Assembly (NCBI GenBank): GCA_038321985.1 | Contig: JBBQFN010000016.1 | Coordinates: 1 to 64,000, forward strand | DNA: 64,000 bases | Reading direction: 5' to 3' | Source: Cyanophyceae cyanobacterium | Lineage (GTDB): Bacteria > Cyanobacteriota > Cyanobacteriia > Cyanobacteriales > Laspinemataceae | In this document: piece after piece, positions 31,945-42,708 of the stretch | Position numbering within the stretch: the first letter of the stretch is position 1 | How the letters are laid out: the number at the start of each line of letters is the position of its first letter | The notes under the pieces: generated by a model | Database searches by the model: none | What the model saw: the letters and a program-made list of their open reading frames with translations, nothing else | What the model was told of the DNA's origin: nothing | Position numbers and translations under genes: made by a program

Positions 31945-32238
31945 GGCTTTAAATCAAGGAAAAAGGCGATCAATCTAAAATCCTACACGATCGCGGGGAA
32001 CATGAGGAAGGGTTAGGCATTTCTATAAAAAAAATCTGGCCGTTTTAACCCGAAAGATAAGGGAGTGCCGTTTCCTTAACCTTATTAATAGGGATATTTT
32101 ATTGCTGCCCTCTACAAACCCAATCCTGAATCCCAACCTCACCCTAACGGAAATCCCCCCAATTGCCCACAAAAAAAGCCCGCACTCGTGCGAACTTTTA
32201 TAACCTGACTTTGATTCGGTAGATTTCGGATTAAACTT

Positions 32239-32439
32239 TTATATAACTTGCCATTGCTGTCGAAGTAAGGAAACAAAAGTATTGTATCCTTGAGAATTAC
32301 CCGGGGAGTCGGGAATAAAATATTGGGGAAAGTCTTTGTAACAGCGCCATTGTTCATGAGGTTTCATTCGCAGGTACAATACTCGACCCATCGTACCATC
32401 GGGTTTCCATGTCATCTGGCCTCGGATAGATAGGGACAT
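32239..32439 (-). CDS. Small hypothetical protein (about 66 aa)
   Basis: GGAGAA RBS before MSLSIRGQM; composition typical of a globular protein. Confidence 0.55.
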   Translation of the reverse strand: MSLSIRGQMTWKPDGTMGRVLYLRMKPHEQWRCYKDFPQYFIPDSPGNSQGYNTFVSLLRQQWQVI

Positions 32440-32630
32440 AATTTCTTCTCCATTTTTATGGGAAAATCGAGATTTATTCGGGTCTATTATGGCAACATTC
32501 AGTAACTTTTTCGTTACTATCATTACCATTTTGAACTAAAAAAGGAATAATTTTTTTGACCGGCGAGGGGCTTCTGGTGTTCCCAATCTTGACCGATCGC
32601 AGGGGGATTTAAAAATAATTTAAATAAAAA

Positions 32631-32651
32631 GGACATGGCAGCGCCATGTCC
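32631..32651. repeat. REP-like hairpin downstream of malQ
   Basis: GGACATGGC-AGC-GCCATGTCC. Confidence 0.5.
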
Positions 32652-32681
32652 CTCTAGTGATTTGACCCAGTAATTTTATTC

Positions 32682-34205
32682 TTAATTTTGTTGGGAAAGA
32701 CGTTGGTAAATTTCCGTCAACATTTTAAGGCGATCGCACAGTTCAGGTGATAAATCTTCCGGTTTGTAGCGCCAGGACCAATTCCCCTCTGATTTACCCG
32801 GTGCATTCATTCGCGCTTCGTTTCCCAATCCTAATAAATCTTGCAATTGGACGATGGCTTGATTCGCGACGGTACTCCACCCCAATCGAATTAATTCCCA
32901 ATGAATTTCGCCTTCTGGCTGTCGGGGTTTATCTAAATAGCGCCATAATTTCTCCTTAGCCTCTTCCGAAAGTTGCTGATACCATCCCACGGTGGTATCA
33001 TTATCGTGAGTTCCGGGATAAACCACAAAATTTTGATTTTTATAATTATGCGGTAAAAACTGAGTCTCGGATTCTAACTCAAACGCAAATTGTAAAATTT
33101 TCATCCCGGGAAAATCAAAACATTCCCGCAAGGCAGTAACTTCGGCGCTAATGGTTCCCAAATCTTCGGCAATAATCGGCAATTTTCCTAACTTCTGTTC
33201 GAGGACTTCAAACAACTCCATCCCCGGTCCTTTTAACCACTGTCCATTTTTGGCAGTAGTTTCTCCTTTCGGTACCGCCCAAAAGGCTTCAAAGCCTCGA
33301 AAATGGTCAACGCGCAGGGCATCTACGGAGTCAAACATTGTCCGAAAACGCTGGACCCACCACTCGAATTCACTCTCTTTTAATTTCTCCCAATTGTAAA
33401 CTGGATTTCCCCAGAGTTGTCCAGTTTCCGGCGCAAAATAATCCGGCGGTACTCCCGCCATTAAGGAAGTTTCCCCGGTTTCTTCCTCTAGATAAAAAAG
33501 CTGGGGATTTGCCCAAACATCAGCGCTATCATGGGCAACATAAATGGGGATATCTCCGACAATTTGAATGTTTTTTTCATTGGCATACTGTTTAAGGGCG
33601 TGCCACTGGTTGTTAAACTCAAATTGCAAGAACTTATAAAAACCAATGCGATCGCTGAGTTCTTGCCGCACCTTTTCTAAGGCTTCCGGTTGATGCTGTC
33701 TTACTTCTGCCGGTTCCCAAGAGTTCCATCCCGCACTATGATGTTTTTCTTTGAGGGCCATAAACAAGGAATAATCCTCAATCCAATAAGCGCTGCGATC
33801 GCAAAATTGTTGGAGTTGCTGATGCTGTTCTGCGGAAGCATTAATTTGGAAATTTTGATAAGCGGTTTTTAACCACTTCATTTTTACAGGAATGACTTTC
33901 TCAAAATCAACGTTACCTCCGGGAAACTCTGAAACCTGGGTTAAATCTTCTTCCGATAGCCATCCTTTCTCCCGCAAGTATTCGGGGCAAATGAGTAAAG
34001 GATTACCGGCAAAAGCAGAATAGGACATATAGGGAGAATTTCCATATCCCGTTGGAGTCAGGGGTAATATTTGCCAGAGTCGTTGTCCGCTTTCTACGAG
34101 AAAATCAATGAACTGATACGCCTGAACACCGAAGTCGCCGATACCAAATCGGCTAGGCAAGGAGGTCGGATGTAATAAAATACCGCTGGTTCTAGGGAAA
34201 GACAT
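32682..34205 (-). CDS. malQ: 4-alpha-glucanotransferase (amylomaltase, GH77)
   Basis: GILLHPTSLP, GDIPIYV, GVPPDYF, RVDHFRG, AEDLG, GTHDNDT. Confidence 0.97.
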   Translation of the reverse strand: MSFPRTSGILLHPTSLPSRFGIGDFGVQAYQFIDFLVESGQRLWQILPLTPTGYGNSPYMSYSAFAGNPLLICPEYLREKGWLSEEDLTQVSEFPGGNVDFEKVIPVKMKWLKTAYQNFQINASAEQHQQLQQFCDRSAYWIEDYSLFMALKEKHHSAGWNSWEPAEVRQHQPEALEKVRQELSDRIGFYKFLQFEFNNQWHALKQYANEKNIQIVGDIPIYVAHDSADVWANPQLFYLEEETGETSLMAGVPPDYFAPETGQLWGNPVYNWEKLKESEFEWWVQRFRTMFDSVDALRVDHFRGFEAFWAVPKGETTAKNGQWLKGPGMELFEVLEQKLGKLPIIAEDLGTISAEVTALRECFDFPGMKILQFAFELESETQFLPHNYKNQNFVVYPGTHDNDTTVGWYQQLSEEAKEKLWRYLDKPRQPEGEIHWELIRLGWSTVANQAIVQLQDLLGLGNEARMNAPGKSEGNWSWRYKPEDLSPELCDRLKMLTEIYQRLSQQN

Positions 34206-34638
34206 GATTCTACCAATATTAAGGGTTAAGGGGTTAGTTTGGAAAAAGGGAAACTCTATAAACTACAGTGTTTTTTTTATAGAAACTTACAAAGGGGATA
34301 TTTAAAAATCTGTCTTCTAATTCCTCCTTTTTTAAAGGAATTGAACATCCTGTAAACTGGTTTATTTTGAAACTTAAACAACATGGGGTAGTGAAAGAGA
34401 TACGCTATAAACAAACTTTAGAGGATTTTGAGACAAGGGGATCTATCCTGGGGATGATTTCCACATATTTTCATAAAAAATAATAGTAAGGAAATGGTTC
34501 GGGGGGTTAACGATCGCCTGAATCCGGGCCGGAAAGTTTGCCTAATTATATCGTTGGATAGAGAGATATTGGAGGAGGCTGTGTTAAGCTAAACCTGATT
34601 GTATTTAGCCAATTTTTTCGAGCCTAATCATTGGAGAA

Positions 34639-35307
34639 ATGCTTATGCCTTACCCCTGCGCACCTTGGACGCTCAAAGGCCGTGCGGTGCAAACTCTCCA
34701 TGCAATCAATACCCGGCGCGTGAGATCGCTCGTTCCCTCAGGCTTGGCGATCGTTGAGGTTTTACCCGGAAAAACCCTTGGGGGAGTTTATTGTGCTAAA
34801 TATGGGGTAGGGTCGAGTTTATTATATAGCGAATTAATTGTGGTCTGTGCATTAGTGCGACATAAAATGCAGTTTGGCGCATGGATTTCTCATATTTATG
34901 TTGACCATCCCGATTCCGTGGCAGGGGGTCGAGAAATCTGGGGATTACCGAAAGAATTAGCCGAATTTACTTGGGAAAAAGATGATCGCGATCGCGTCAG
35001 GGTTCGACAAGGCGATCGCCTCTTGTGCAGTCTCGACTTTAGTTTACAAACCTTACGGGTGCCAGTCCCCTTTGCCTTTTCCAGCTTTAGCACCTTGGGT
35101 TCCAATTTGCTCCTATTTCCCGCCGAATTCACCTCTGACATTGGCTTAGTCGAGAGTAGATTAGTCATTCCCCCCGAGAGTCCCTTCTCGATGTTAAACT
35201 TGCCGAAACCAGGCTTAACCTTTTCTTGTGAGGACTTACGATTGGTTGCCGGTGAACCAAAAGTGATCCAAGAAAGAGCGACTGCCACCCCCTCTGCTTC
35301 CGCATAG
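34639..35307 (+). CDS. Acetoacetate decarboxylase-like family protein
   Basis: YSEL, IYVD, GGREIWGLPK (Schiff-base Lys motif). Confidence 0.85.
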   Translation: MLMPYPCAPWTLKGRAVQTLHAINTRRVRSLVPSGLAIVEVLPGKTLGGVYCAKYGVGSSLLYSELIVVCALVRHKMQFGAWISHIYVDHPDSVAGGREIWGLPKELAEFTWEKDDRDRVRVRQGDRLLCSLDFSLQTLRVPVPFAFSSFSTLGSNLLLFPAEFTSDIGLVESRLVIPPESPFSMLNLPKPGLTFSCEDLRLVAGEPKVIQERATATPSASA

Positions 35308-35347
35308 CGATCGCCACCCCATCCCCTCCTGTCTTCTATTCTTCCAT

Positions 35348-35599
35348 GTTTGTAGTAACGACTTCAGTCGTTTACGGCTCATTTCCATCCCTACGAACAG
35401 GAAGAGATGACTGAAGTCATCACGACGAACCCGGAAGAAAGAGTTTACCTTTTTATCCATGTTTGTAGTAACGAATTCAGTCGTTTCCGGCTCCTTTTCA
35501 TCCCGGCGAATAGGAAGAGAGGACTGAAGTCATCACTACGAACAATCAAGAAATAACTGAAGTCTTTCTCCACGTTTTTAGTAACGACTTCAGTCGTTT
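35348..35599. repeat. BIME/REPIN-like array of five alternating-orientation GTAG-type REP units
   Basis: GTTTGTAGTAACGACTTCAGTCGTTT at 35348, 35461 and (variant) 35574; inverted GACTGAAGTCATCAC(T/G)ACGAAC at about 35409 and 35522; 113-bp period. Confidence 0.85.
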
Positions 35600-35621
35600 G
35601 CGGGTTCTTCATTACCCTTAC

Positions 35622-37214
35622 TTACTTCTCAATCCAAACTTCAATCATGCCGACTGGAACGTGAATTATAGGATGATCAAACACCCCTCGCACCGCTTCC
35701 GTACCTCCAAGTTCCTTCAATCGCTGCAACTGCTTTTTCAGCTTAGGATTGAACTTAATATGTTCCTCGACTGCCCGTTCCGCTTCTGCCGAACTGGGTT
35801 TTCGTAGAGAGAGGGTTTCTAAAAATGCCTGAACCTCACCATACAAGGCATTAATCGGACTCACTGCTTGTTGGTTCGTGTTCGTCCCGGGAATTTTTTG
35901 TGCGAGGGTTGCGCCAGTGGAGAGGAGGGGTGTATCTGGAATCTTGGGAGTCTCAGAATGGGTAAACTCTTTACTCGCAATACCATTACCCGAACCGAAA
36001 TTTCTCACCACTCCAGCAACATCCACCCCGGTACTCGATCGCAACTGTTCCAAAAACGAAGCCATTTTCCCAGCGGTACTGCCGTTTGTTGTATCAATTG
36101 AAGTTAGAGTGTGAATTCTCACTTCGGGTACAGTAGAAACCATTGTTTTGAGCAGAGGTTCCAGCTTTTGCAACAGGAAAATCTCACGCGCCGAAGGTCC
36201 TGCTGCTTTCCAGGATTCTGCTAGGCGTTTCGTCCCCATTGCCTGCGCTTTTCCATCTTCAATAATTCCCGATGCCTTCCCTTTCGCTTCAGCGATCGCC
36301 CGCTTACATTGTGCCTCCGCAGGTGCGACTACATCCGCCTGTAATTGTTGCTCAACTTGTTTAATTCGCTCCGTTTGAACTGCCACGTCTGCCTGAGTTC
36401 GCGCCACTTCTGAGCCAATTTCCGCTTCCGCCTCGGCGACTAATGCAGCGCGGATCGTCTTGGCATCTTGGATGCGGCGATTAGATTCCGCGCGAGTCAT
36501 TTCGACTTGGCTGGCGATTCGTTTGATCGAGGTAGTTTGGTCATTTTCTGCGGTGCGAATCACAGACTGGGCCTTGGCTTTAGCTTCGGCAATCCGAGCA
36601 TCCCGGACCAGTTCCGCCCGTTGCTTGCGTCCGATTGAATCCAAGTATCGCACATCATCAGAAATATTTTGGATTTGCAGGTTATCCAACACTAATCCTA
36701 ACTTTTCTAGATCGTCTTCGGCTTCCTCTAACAAGCTTTTGGCAAAGGCGATTTTATCTTCATTGATTTGTTCGGGAGTCAAGGATGCCAACACCCCGCG
36801 CAAATTCCCCTCTAGGGTATCTTGGGCAATTTTCTCAATTTCTTGGCGGGTTTTGCCCAATAACCGCTCGATCGCATTGTGAATCGTCGGTTCAGTTCCG
36901 GCAATTTTAATATTAGCCACTCCTTCTACTTTCAGGGGAATACCGCCTTTAGAATAGGCATTAGTGACCCGCAGTTCGATGATCATATTAGTAAGATCCA
37001 TGCGGTAGGCGCGTTCTAACAAGGGAAGCCGAATGCTGCTACCCCCTTTCACCAAACGGTATCCCGCTATGCGATTGTCATCAAGTGGGCGCGCACTGCC
37101 TGCAAAAATTAGCACTTCGCTGGGTTGACAGATGTAATACAGATTGTTAATAACTAGCGCCCCAGCGCCACCCGCTGCGCCTAAAATCGCCAACAATCCC
37201 AGAATAACTTCCAT
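35622..37214 (-). CDS. Flotillin/SPFH protein with an extra C-terminal domain
   Basis: N-terminal TM helix, AYSKGGIPL..ANIKI, LEGNLRGVLASLTPE, AEA-rich coiled coil. Confidence 0.9.
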   Translation of the reverse strand: MEVILGLLAILGAAGGAGALVINNLYYICQPSEVLIFAGSARPLDDNRIAGYRLVKGGSSIRLPLLERAYRMDLTNMIIELRVTNAYSKGGIPLKVEGVANIKIAGTEPTIHNAIERLLGKTRQEIEKIAQDTLEGNLRGVLASLTPEQINEDKIAFAKSLLEEAEDDLEKLGLVLDNLQIQNISDDVRYLDSIGRKQRAELVRDARIAEAKAKAQSVIRTAENDQTTSIKRIASQVEMTRAESNRRIQDAKTIRAALVAEAEAEIGSEVARTQADVAVQTERIKQVEQQLQADVVAPAEAQCKRAIAEAKGKASGIIEDGKAQAMGTKRLAESWKAAGPSAREIFLLQKLEPLLKTMVSTVPEVRIHTLTSIDTTNGSTAGKMASFLEQLRSSTGVDVAGVVRNFGSGNGIASKEFTHSETPKIPDTPLLSTGATLAQKIPGTNTNQQAVSPINALYGEVQAFLETLSLRKPSSAEAERAVEEHIKFNPKLKKQLQRLKELGGTEAVRGVFDHPIIHVPVGMIEVWIEK

Positions 37215-37273
37215 TTGTGTCTCCTAATTAGTGAGTGGTATGAATCAGTTGTCATTCCTCCTTCATCCCCTAT

Positions 37274-38713
37274 CTATCCCGGCTTACTAACTTCTACAAC
37301 TGATACTTTTGGCTTGTCTTTCTTACTCCGGTTCAGGGTTCCGATGACATCAATGCCCAGGGTGCGATCTACGCGATCGAGGAATTGTCCGACGATTTCG
37401 GGATAGGCATTGACTAAACTAGCGACTGATTTGCCATCGCCATTGTCGATGACATTAATGCGATCAATCTGTACCCGCTGGGTAATATTTGCCACCTCTC
37501 GTAATACCATCTCAATCTGCTGGATTAAGAATACTTCCGCTGCATCAGTGCCGGTTTCGCGCCAGACTTCAGAGAAGAGGTCATTCACTTGTGCCGCAGC
37601 TTTGGCATTTTCCTCAAATCCGGCTGCTTCCCCTCGCGATCGCAATTCTTTGGCTTGGCGTGCCGCTTCTGCGGGGAGGACTTCATCGGCTTCTAAACGG
37701 AGGCGTTCGAGATCGGCACGGATACTTTGTAGAAGTTGTTCCGCACGAGCTCGGGCTTCTTTAGCGGCGGCTTTTGTACGTTCTTCTTCCGATCGCGCCT
37801 GTTGATCGAGTTCGGCTTTAATCTTCCGCAGTTCATTATTTTTTTCCTCGATTGCCATCCGGGCCAGGGTTTTGGCGACTTCTGACTGTTGCTGAGTTTC
37901 GGCTTCTACGGCTTCGGCTTCAGCTAGAGCGTTGGATTCGGCAATTTCGGCATCCCGGACGATCGCAGCAATTTGGCGGCGTCCGATCGAACTCAGGTAC
38001 TCTACATCATCAGAAACACTTTGAATTTTTAACGTATCAATTTCTAACCCTAACCGTTGCAAATCGTCCTGTACATCATCGGCAATCCGTTCGGCAAACC
38101 GCAGGCGATCTTCGTTGAGTTCTTCAGGGGTTAAGGTGGCAACAACGCCCCGCAAATTTCCTTCTAGGGTTTCTCGGGCGACTCGGACGATTTCCTTGCG
38201 ATCGCGGTCGAGAAAGCGTTCAATTGCGTTTCCAACTATTTGGGGGTTGCTGGAAATTTTCACATTGGCGATCGCTTGAATATCCAGGGGCGTTCCCCCT
38301 TTGGCATAGGCATTTTTTACTTCCACCGGCACCGGCATCGTGGTCAAATCCATGCGCTTGACGGTTTCCAAAATGGGGATACAAATAGTTCGATATCGCG
38401 TCACTCGATATCCTAATTCTTGGCCGTCTTTATTCTTTCGCTTCAACCCCGATAAAATTAAAATTTCGTTAGGTTTGCAAATACACAGGACCTTATTCAA
38501 AAACCACAAAAATATCAGAAACCCAAAAATTGCTAAGCCGATTGTACCTCCTCCCGTAATTAATCGGTCAGTAATATTGGATTGAGTTGTGGGGAGAGAA
38601 TTGACTTGGGCTAACTGTAGCGTCGAGATTTCGGCCCGAGGTTTCCCGGCGATCGCAACCCCAGAGTCCGTAAAATTTTTAGTCTGGAATGAGGTTTGAA
38701 GAAGCTGTTGCAT
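37274..38713 (-). CDS. Flotillin/SPFH protein
   Basis: TM helix, AYAKGGTPL..ANVKI, LEGNLRGVVATLTPE, coiled coil. Confidence 0.9.
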   Translation of the reverse strand: MQQLLQTSFQTKNFTDSGVAIAGKPRAEISTLQLAQVNSLPTTQSNITDRLITGGGTIGLAIFGFLIFLWFLNKVLCICKPNEILILSGLKRKNKDGQELGYRVTRYRTICIPILETVKRMDLTTMPVPVEVKNAYAKGGTPLDIQAIANVKISSNPQIVGNAIERFLDRDRKEIVRVARETLEGNLRGVVATLTPEELNEDRLRFAERIADDVQDDLQRLGLEIDTLKIQSVSDDVEYLSSIGRRQIAAIVRDAEIAESNALAEAEAVEAETQQQSEVAKTLARMAIEEKNNELRKIKAELDQQARSEEERTKAAAKEARARAEQLLQSIRADLERLRLEADEVLPAEAARQAKELRSRGEAAGFEENAKAAAQVNDLFSEVWRETGTDAAEVFLIQQIEMVLREVANITQRVQIDRINVIDNGDGKSVASLVNAYPEIVGQFLDRVDRTLGIDVIGTLNRSKKDKPKVSVVEVSKPG

Positions 38714-38800
38714 AGCTTTAGATTCCTTTCCAATGAATTAGATAAATTTTTAAAGATGAGGTGAAATTAAGATAGAATTTGCCCCCATCTTCAGGCTGAA

Positions 38801-39406
38801 TTACCGGAGAAATTTCAAGTCGTTGGATGCTTCTGAAACCACCCAAAGGCGATTATTTTTAAGGCCCACAACGAAAACCCGGTCTCCTTTCCTGAATGAT
38901 TTAGACTCGTCTGTAAAGGCCATAAACTCTACGTTAGCCCCTTTGACGTTAACCCGGACTTTGCCTTTACTTTCGGCATTGAAAGGAAGCAGCACAATTG
39001 CGGAAAGTCCTACGAAGTCACTAGAACGGGTGAGACTATTGGCATGGCGTTGTCCTAGGCTTCTAAGTATCCAAACCATCGTAGTCCCACAAAAGATACC
39101 CATCCCCCCGGCAAGTCCAGCGATCTGTAAGGCGGGCATTTCCGGGCGTAGCCAATTGAGGACGATTCCAGTTAAGCCAAAAAAACAACTACCAAAGGTC
39201 CAAAATTTGAGACTAAAAAACGGCAACTGGAAGATACGCTTGACCCGATTTTCCCGTTTTAACCCTTCCACCTTTTGACCCTTATCGAGAATTTCCAAGT
39301 CAGAATCAAAGGCTATACCGAAATCTGCACCGTCGAGTCCTCCAATCGCGGCGAACACGACGAAAATCCCGCCCATGCCGAAACAAAAAAGATAGATAGG
39401 CATCAT
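38801..39406 (-). CDS. NfeD-like (YuaF-type) membrane protein
   Basis: Three TM helices plus a C-terminal OB-fold pattern (VGLSAIVLLPF..GKVRV..GDRVFVV); first gene of the flotillin operon. Confidence 0.82.
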   Translation of the reverse strand: MMPIYLFCFGMGGIFVVFAAIGGLDGADFGIAFDSDLEILDKGQKVEGLKRENRVKRIFQLPFFSLKFWTFGSCFFGLTGIVLNWLRPEMPALQIAGLAGGMGIFCGTTMVWILRSLGQRHANSLTRSSDFVGLSAIVLLPFNAESKGKVRVNVKGANVEFMAFTDESKSFRKGDRVFVVGLKNNRLWVVSEASNDLKFLR

Positions 39407-39755
39407 TTTTAAGAGCCTCGTCTGCATATTAATTTTTCAGACATTACTGATTGTCGCAAAAAAAAACACAAGCGTCCAGTTTTGTTACGAAAATTTGTGA
39501 TGAGTACCTCAGCTAGTTCTGTAGCCGCAATAGCGATCGCCCTAGAGGCCGGATTTTCCGGGGGAATCTCTTCCCCATTCTGCATTCGCCTCTAATTAAC
39601 ACCCTGGTATAGGGACTTAGACGATTGAAGGAGAATCAAAACAGCGCCGATTGACCGAAACCCGGAGAATTTGCCAAGATGGGGTCTTCATCCGAGGCGA
39701 TCGCCCCACTTTTTCTGAGATAATAATCTCCCTAAGTCTAAATAAGGAGAATGTG

Positions 39756-41561
39756 ATGCGACTATCACAAATGCTATTTGTAACCCTCCGTGAAGATCCG
39801 GCAGAAGCGGAAATTCCTAGTCATAAACTCCTGTTGCGTGCGGGTTATATCCGTCGGATTGCCAGTGGTGTTTATGCTTATCTGCCGTTGATGTGGCGGG
39901 TTCTCAAAAAAGTATCCAACATTGTGCGCGAGGAAATGGATGCAACTGGCGCTCAAGAATGCCTGCTGCCGCAACTGCAACCTGCCGAGTTATGGCAAGA
40001 ATCAGGACGTTGGGATACTTATACCAAGGCAGAAGGAATCATGTTTGCCCTTACCGATCGCCAAGAACGAGAAATGGGACTCGGACCAACTCATGAAGAG
40101 GTAATCACGGCGATCGCCCGGGATATGATTCGCTCTTATCGTCAGCTTCCTGTTCATTTGTATCAAATCCAAAATAAATTTCGTGATGAAATTCGTCCCC
40201 GTTTTGGGTTAATGCGCGGACGAGAATTCATTATGAAAGATGGATACTCCTTTCATGCTGATGAAGCCAGTTTACAAAAAACTTATGCGGATATGGACTG
40301 GGCTTATAGCAATATGCTACGGCGCTGCGGTTTGCAATTTCGCGCGGTTCAAGCTGATTCGGGAGCAATTGGAGGGGCAGCTTCCCAAGAATTTATGATT
40401 TTGGCAGAAGCCGGAGAAGATGAAGTTCTTTACACCGAAGATGCTCAATATGCAGCTAACGTAGAAAAAGCTACCTCTTTACCACCCGATGCCAAATCTA
40501 GCGCTTTTGTTCTCCCTGAAAAACGAGAGACGCCTAACACCGATACCATTCATAAACTTTCTCAGTTTCTCCAATGTTCTCCCACCGAGATAGTTAAAAA
40601 TATCATCTATCGCGTGGTTTATGACAATGGTAGAATGGTCTTAGTGCTGGTTAGTATTCGAGGCGACTTAGAAGTAAACGAAGTTAAACTCTATAATGAG
40701 TTAGCCAAACTAGCCGAAAGTTATGGGGGAAATGCTATCCTAGCCGTAGATATTCCTTCGGAACAGGTGCAACAACAATTGACCCTTAAGCCCCTACCTT
40801 TAGGATATATTGGTCCTGATCTTGCGGATAACTATATCACACCTGCGGAACATTTGCAACCGGAATTTTTACGATTTGCCGATCGCACTGTAGTAGATTT
40901 AAAGAATTTTGTGACCGGGGCTAATGAAACCGGCTATCATGTAGTGGGTGCCAATTGGGGCGAACAGTTTCCCATCAGCAGTCGCATCGTAGATTTACGA
41001 AAATCAAAGGCAGGCGATCGGGCTGTTCATGACCCTAGTCAAATCTTGAAAAGTGCCAGAGGTATCGAAGTCGGTCACATCTTCCAACTGGGGACTAAAT
41101 ATTCTCAAGCATTGGGGGCAACTTATACCAATGAACAAGGGGATAACGTCCCATTAGTGATGGGATGTTATGGAGTTGGGGTGTCCCGATTGGCACAGGC
41201 AGCCGTGGAGCAATCTTATGATAAAGATGGCATTATTTGGCCCGTGGCGATCGCCCCTTATCACGCAATTATTTGCATTCCCAATCTTTCGGACACCGAA
41301 CAGGTAGAAGTAGGAGAAAAACTCTACACAGATCTCAATTTAGCCGGCATTGAAACCCTTTTAGATGACCGGGAAGAACGGGCAGGGGTTAAATTTAAAG
41401 ATGCGGATTTGATTGGAATTCCCTATCGAATTGTTACCGGGCGATCGCTGAAATCGGGTAAGGTGGAAGTGGTGGAACGGGCGACTAAAATCTCCCATGA
41501 AATTGCAATTCCTGAAGTAGTAGCTACCTTAAAACAATGGATTGAAGCGGCATTGTCTTAA
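39756..41561 (+). CDS. proS: Proline--tRNA ligase
   Basis: [55 protein letters not shown]. Confidence 0.97.
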   Translation: MRLSQMLFVTLREDPAEAEIPSHKLLLRAGYIRRIASGVYAYLPLMWRVLKKVSNIVREEMDATGAQECLLPQLQPAELWQESGRWDTYTKAEGIMFALTDRQEREMGLGPTHEEVITAIARDMIRSYRQLPVHLYQIQNKFRDEIRPRFGLMRGREFIMKDGYSFHADEASLQKTYADMDWAYSNMLRRCGLQFRAVQADSGAIGGAASQEFMILAEAGEDEVLYTEDAQYAANVEKATSLPPDAKSSAFVLPEKRETPNTDTIHKLSQFLQCSPTEIVKNIIYRVVYDNGRMVLVLVSIRGDLEVNEVKLYNELAKLAESYGGNAILAVDIPSEQVQQQLTLKPLPLGYIGPDLADNYITPAEHLQPEFLRFADRTVVDLKNFVTGANETGYHVVGANWGEQFPISSRIVDLRKSKAGDRAVHDPSQILKSARGIEVGHIFQLGTKYSQALGATYTNEQGDNVPLVMGCYGVGVSRLAQAAVEQSYDKDGIIWPVAIAPYHAIICIPNLSDTEQVEVGEKLYTDLNLAGIETLLDDREERAGVKFKDADLIGIPYRIVTGRSLKSGKVEVVERATKISHEIAIPEVVATLKQWIEAALS

Positions 41562-41590
41562 GTTTTGACCCCAGGTAAAGTGCGACAACC

Positions 41591-41666
41591 GGCCGCCAAT
41601 CGTTTAAACGTTGGCGGCCTCCTAGCTGAAGTCAGTTTAAACTACCTCAAGAATTTATGTTTAAAC
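41591..41666. repeat. Palindromic element downstream of proS with three GTTTAAAC octamers
   Basis: GGCCGCCAA(T)CGTTTAAACGTTGGCGGCC; GTTTAAAC at 41602, 41635, 41659. Confidence 0.55.
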
Positions 41667-41889
41667 CATCACTTTTAAATTTACAAGTTTTAGTATTAAT
41701 AAATCTCAAAATAGTAAATTATAAACCTGGTTAAATATTTCCAAAAAATTCTGTTCCAGTTTCCCGGAACAAATTGTACTAAAACACTTATAAATTATGG
41801 GGATAATTATTTTAAAGCGTGAGAGAGCCTCCCTCCCACATAATTGACCCTCTTTTATAACTAACGCCCCCCTCTTTTATTCAAATCCA

Positions 41890-42708
41890 ATGGAATTTTT
41901 TACCCTGCTGTTGTCCAGCCTGTTTACTTTATTGTCTCCTGCTGGGATTGCCTTAGATACCCTGGCAGAAAATAATATTCGCGATCGCCTCCATTCTGCG
42001 GAACAACTCGAAGTCCGTATTGATAATACCCCCAATTATCAATTAATTGGCGGCAAGGTTGATCATTTACGAATTGCGGGACGGGGATTATCCTTAATTC
42101 CAGGATTAAGAATCGATACCTTAGAAATAGAAACTGACCCTATTGATGTCAATCCTAGAGAATTAGGACGAGGTTCTGGTACTACCCCAGTCCGGGGATT
42201 AAAACAACCCTTACAAGCGGCGGTGCGGATAGGGGTAACAGAGGCAGATATTAATGCAGCATTGCAGTCCCCTGAACTTTATAATGAACTGCAAAATTTA
42301 GCATTAAGCCTATTTGATTCTCCCTTAATTAAACAAATTGCCGCCCGTTATACCCTAGTCGATCGCCAAGTCACTTTTTTAGCCAATAACCGGATCCGAT
42401 TCCAGGCTCAAATTCAAGAACGCGGTTATGATGACCGCTTGAATTTAACGATAGAAACTGGCCTAACTGTCAGTGAGGGTCAACAATTACAACTGGTCTC
42501 ACCGCAAGTTTGGGTGAACGATCGCCCTGCCACCCAGCGATTAGTAACCGGATTAATAGATGTAACCCGGCGATTTAATTTACAAAGATTAGAAAGTCGA
42601 GGGGTGCGATCGCGGATTTTGCACTTTAAACTCACCCCAGGCGGTGCAGAAATAGCCCTATTCTTAGCCGTCAATCCCGAGATTAAAGTGCAAGACACCA
42701 CCCCCTGA
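41890..42708 (+). CDS. DUF2993 (LmeA-like) protein
   Basis: LEVRIDNTPNY..RIAGRG..LETDPI-like motif..TEADIN pattern. Confidence 0.75.
   Translation: MEFFTLLLSSLFTLLSPAGIALDTLAENNIRDRLHSAEQLEVRIDNTPNYQLIGGKVDHLRIAGRGLSLIPGLRIDTLEIETDPIDVNPRELGRGSGTTPVRGLKQPLQAAVRIGVTEADINAALQSPELYNELQNLALSLFDSPLIKQIAARYTLVDRQVTFLANNRIRFQAQIQERGYDDRLNLTIETGLTVSEGQQLQLVSPQVWVNDRPATQRLVTGLIDVTRRFNLQRLESRGVRSRILHFKLTPGGAEIALFLAVNPEIKVQDTTP

Noticed and set aside
35348..35599. Possible CRISPR array
   Set aside because: Units alternate in orientation, the intervening sequences resemble each other instead of being unique spacers, and there are no cas genes; it fits a REP/BIME array.
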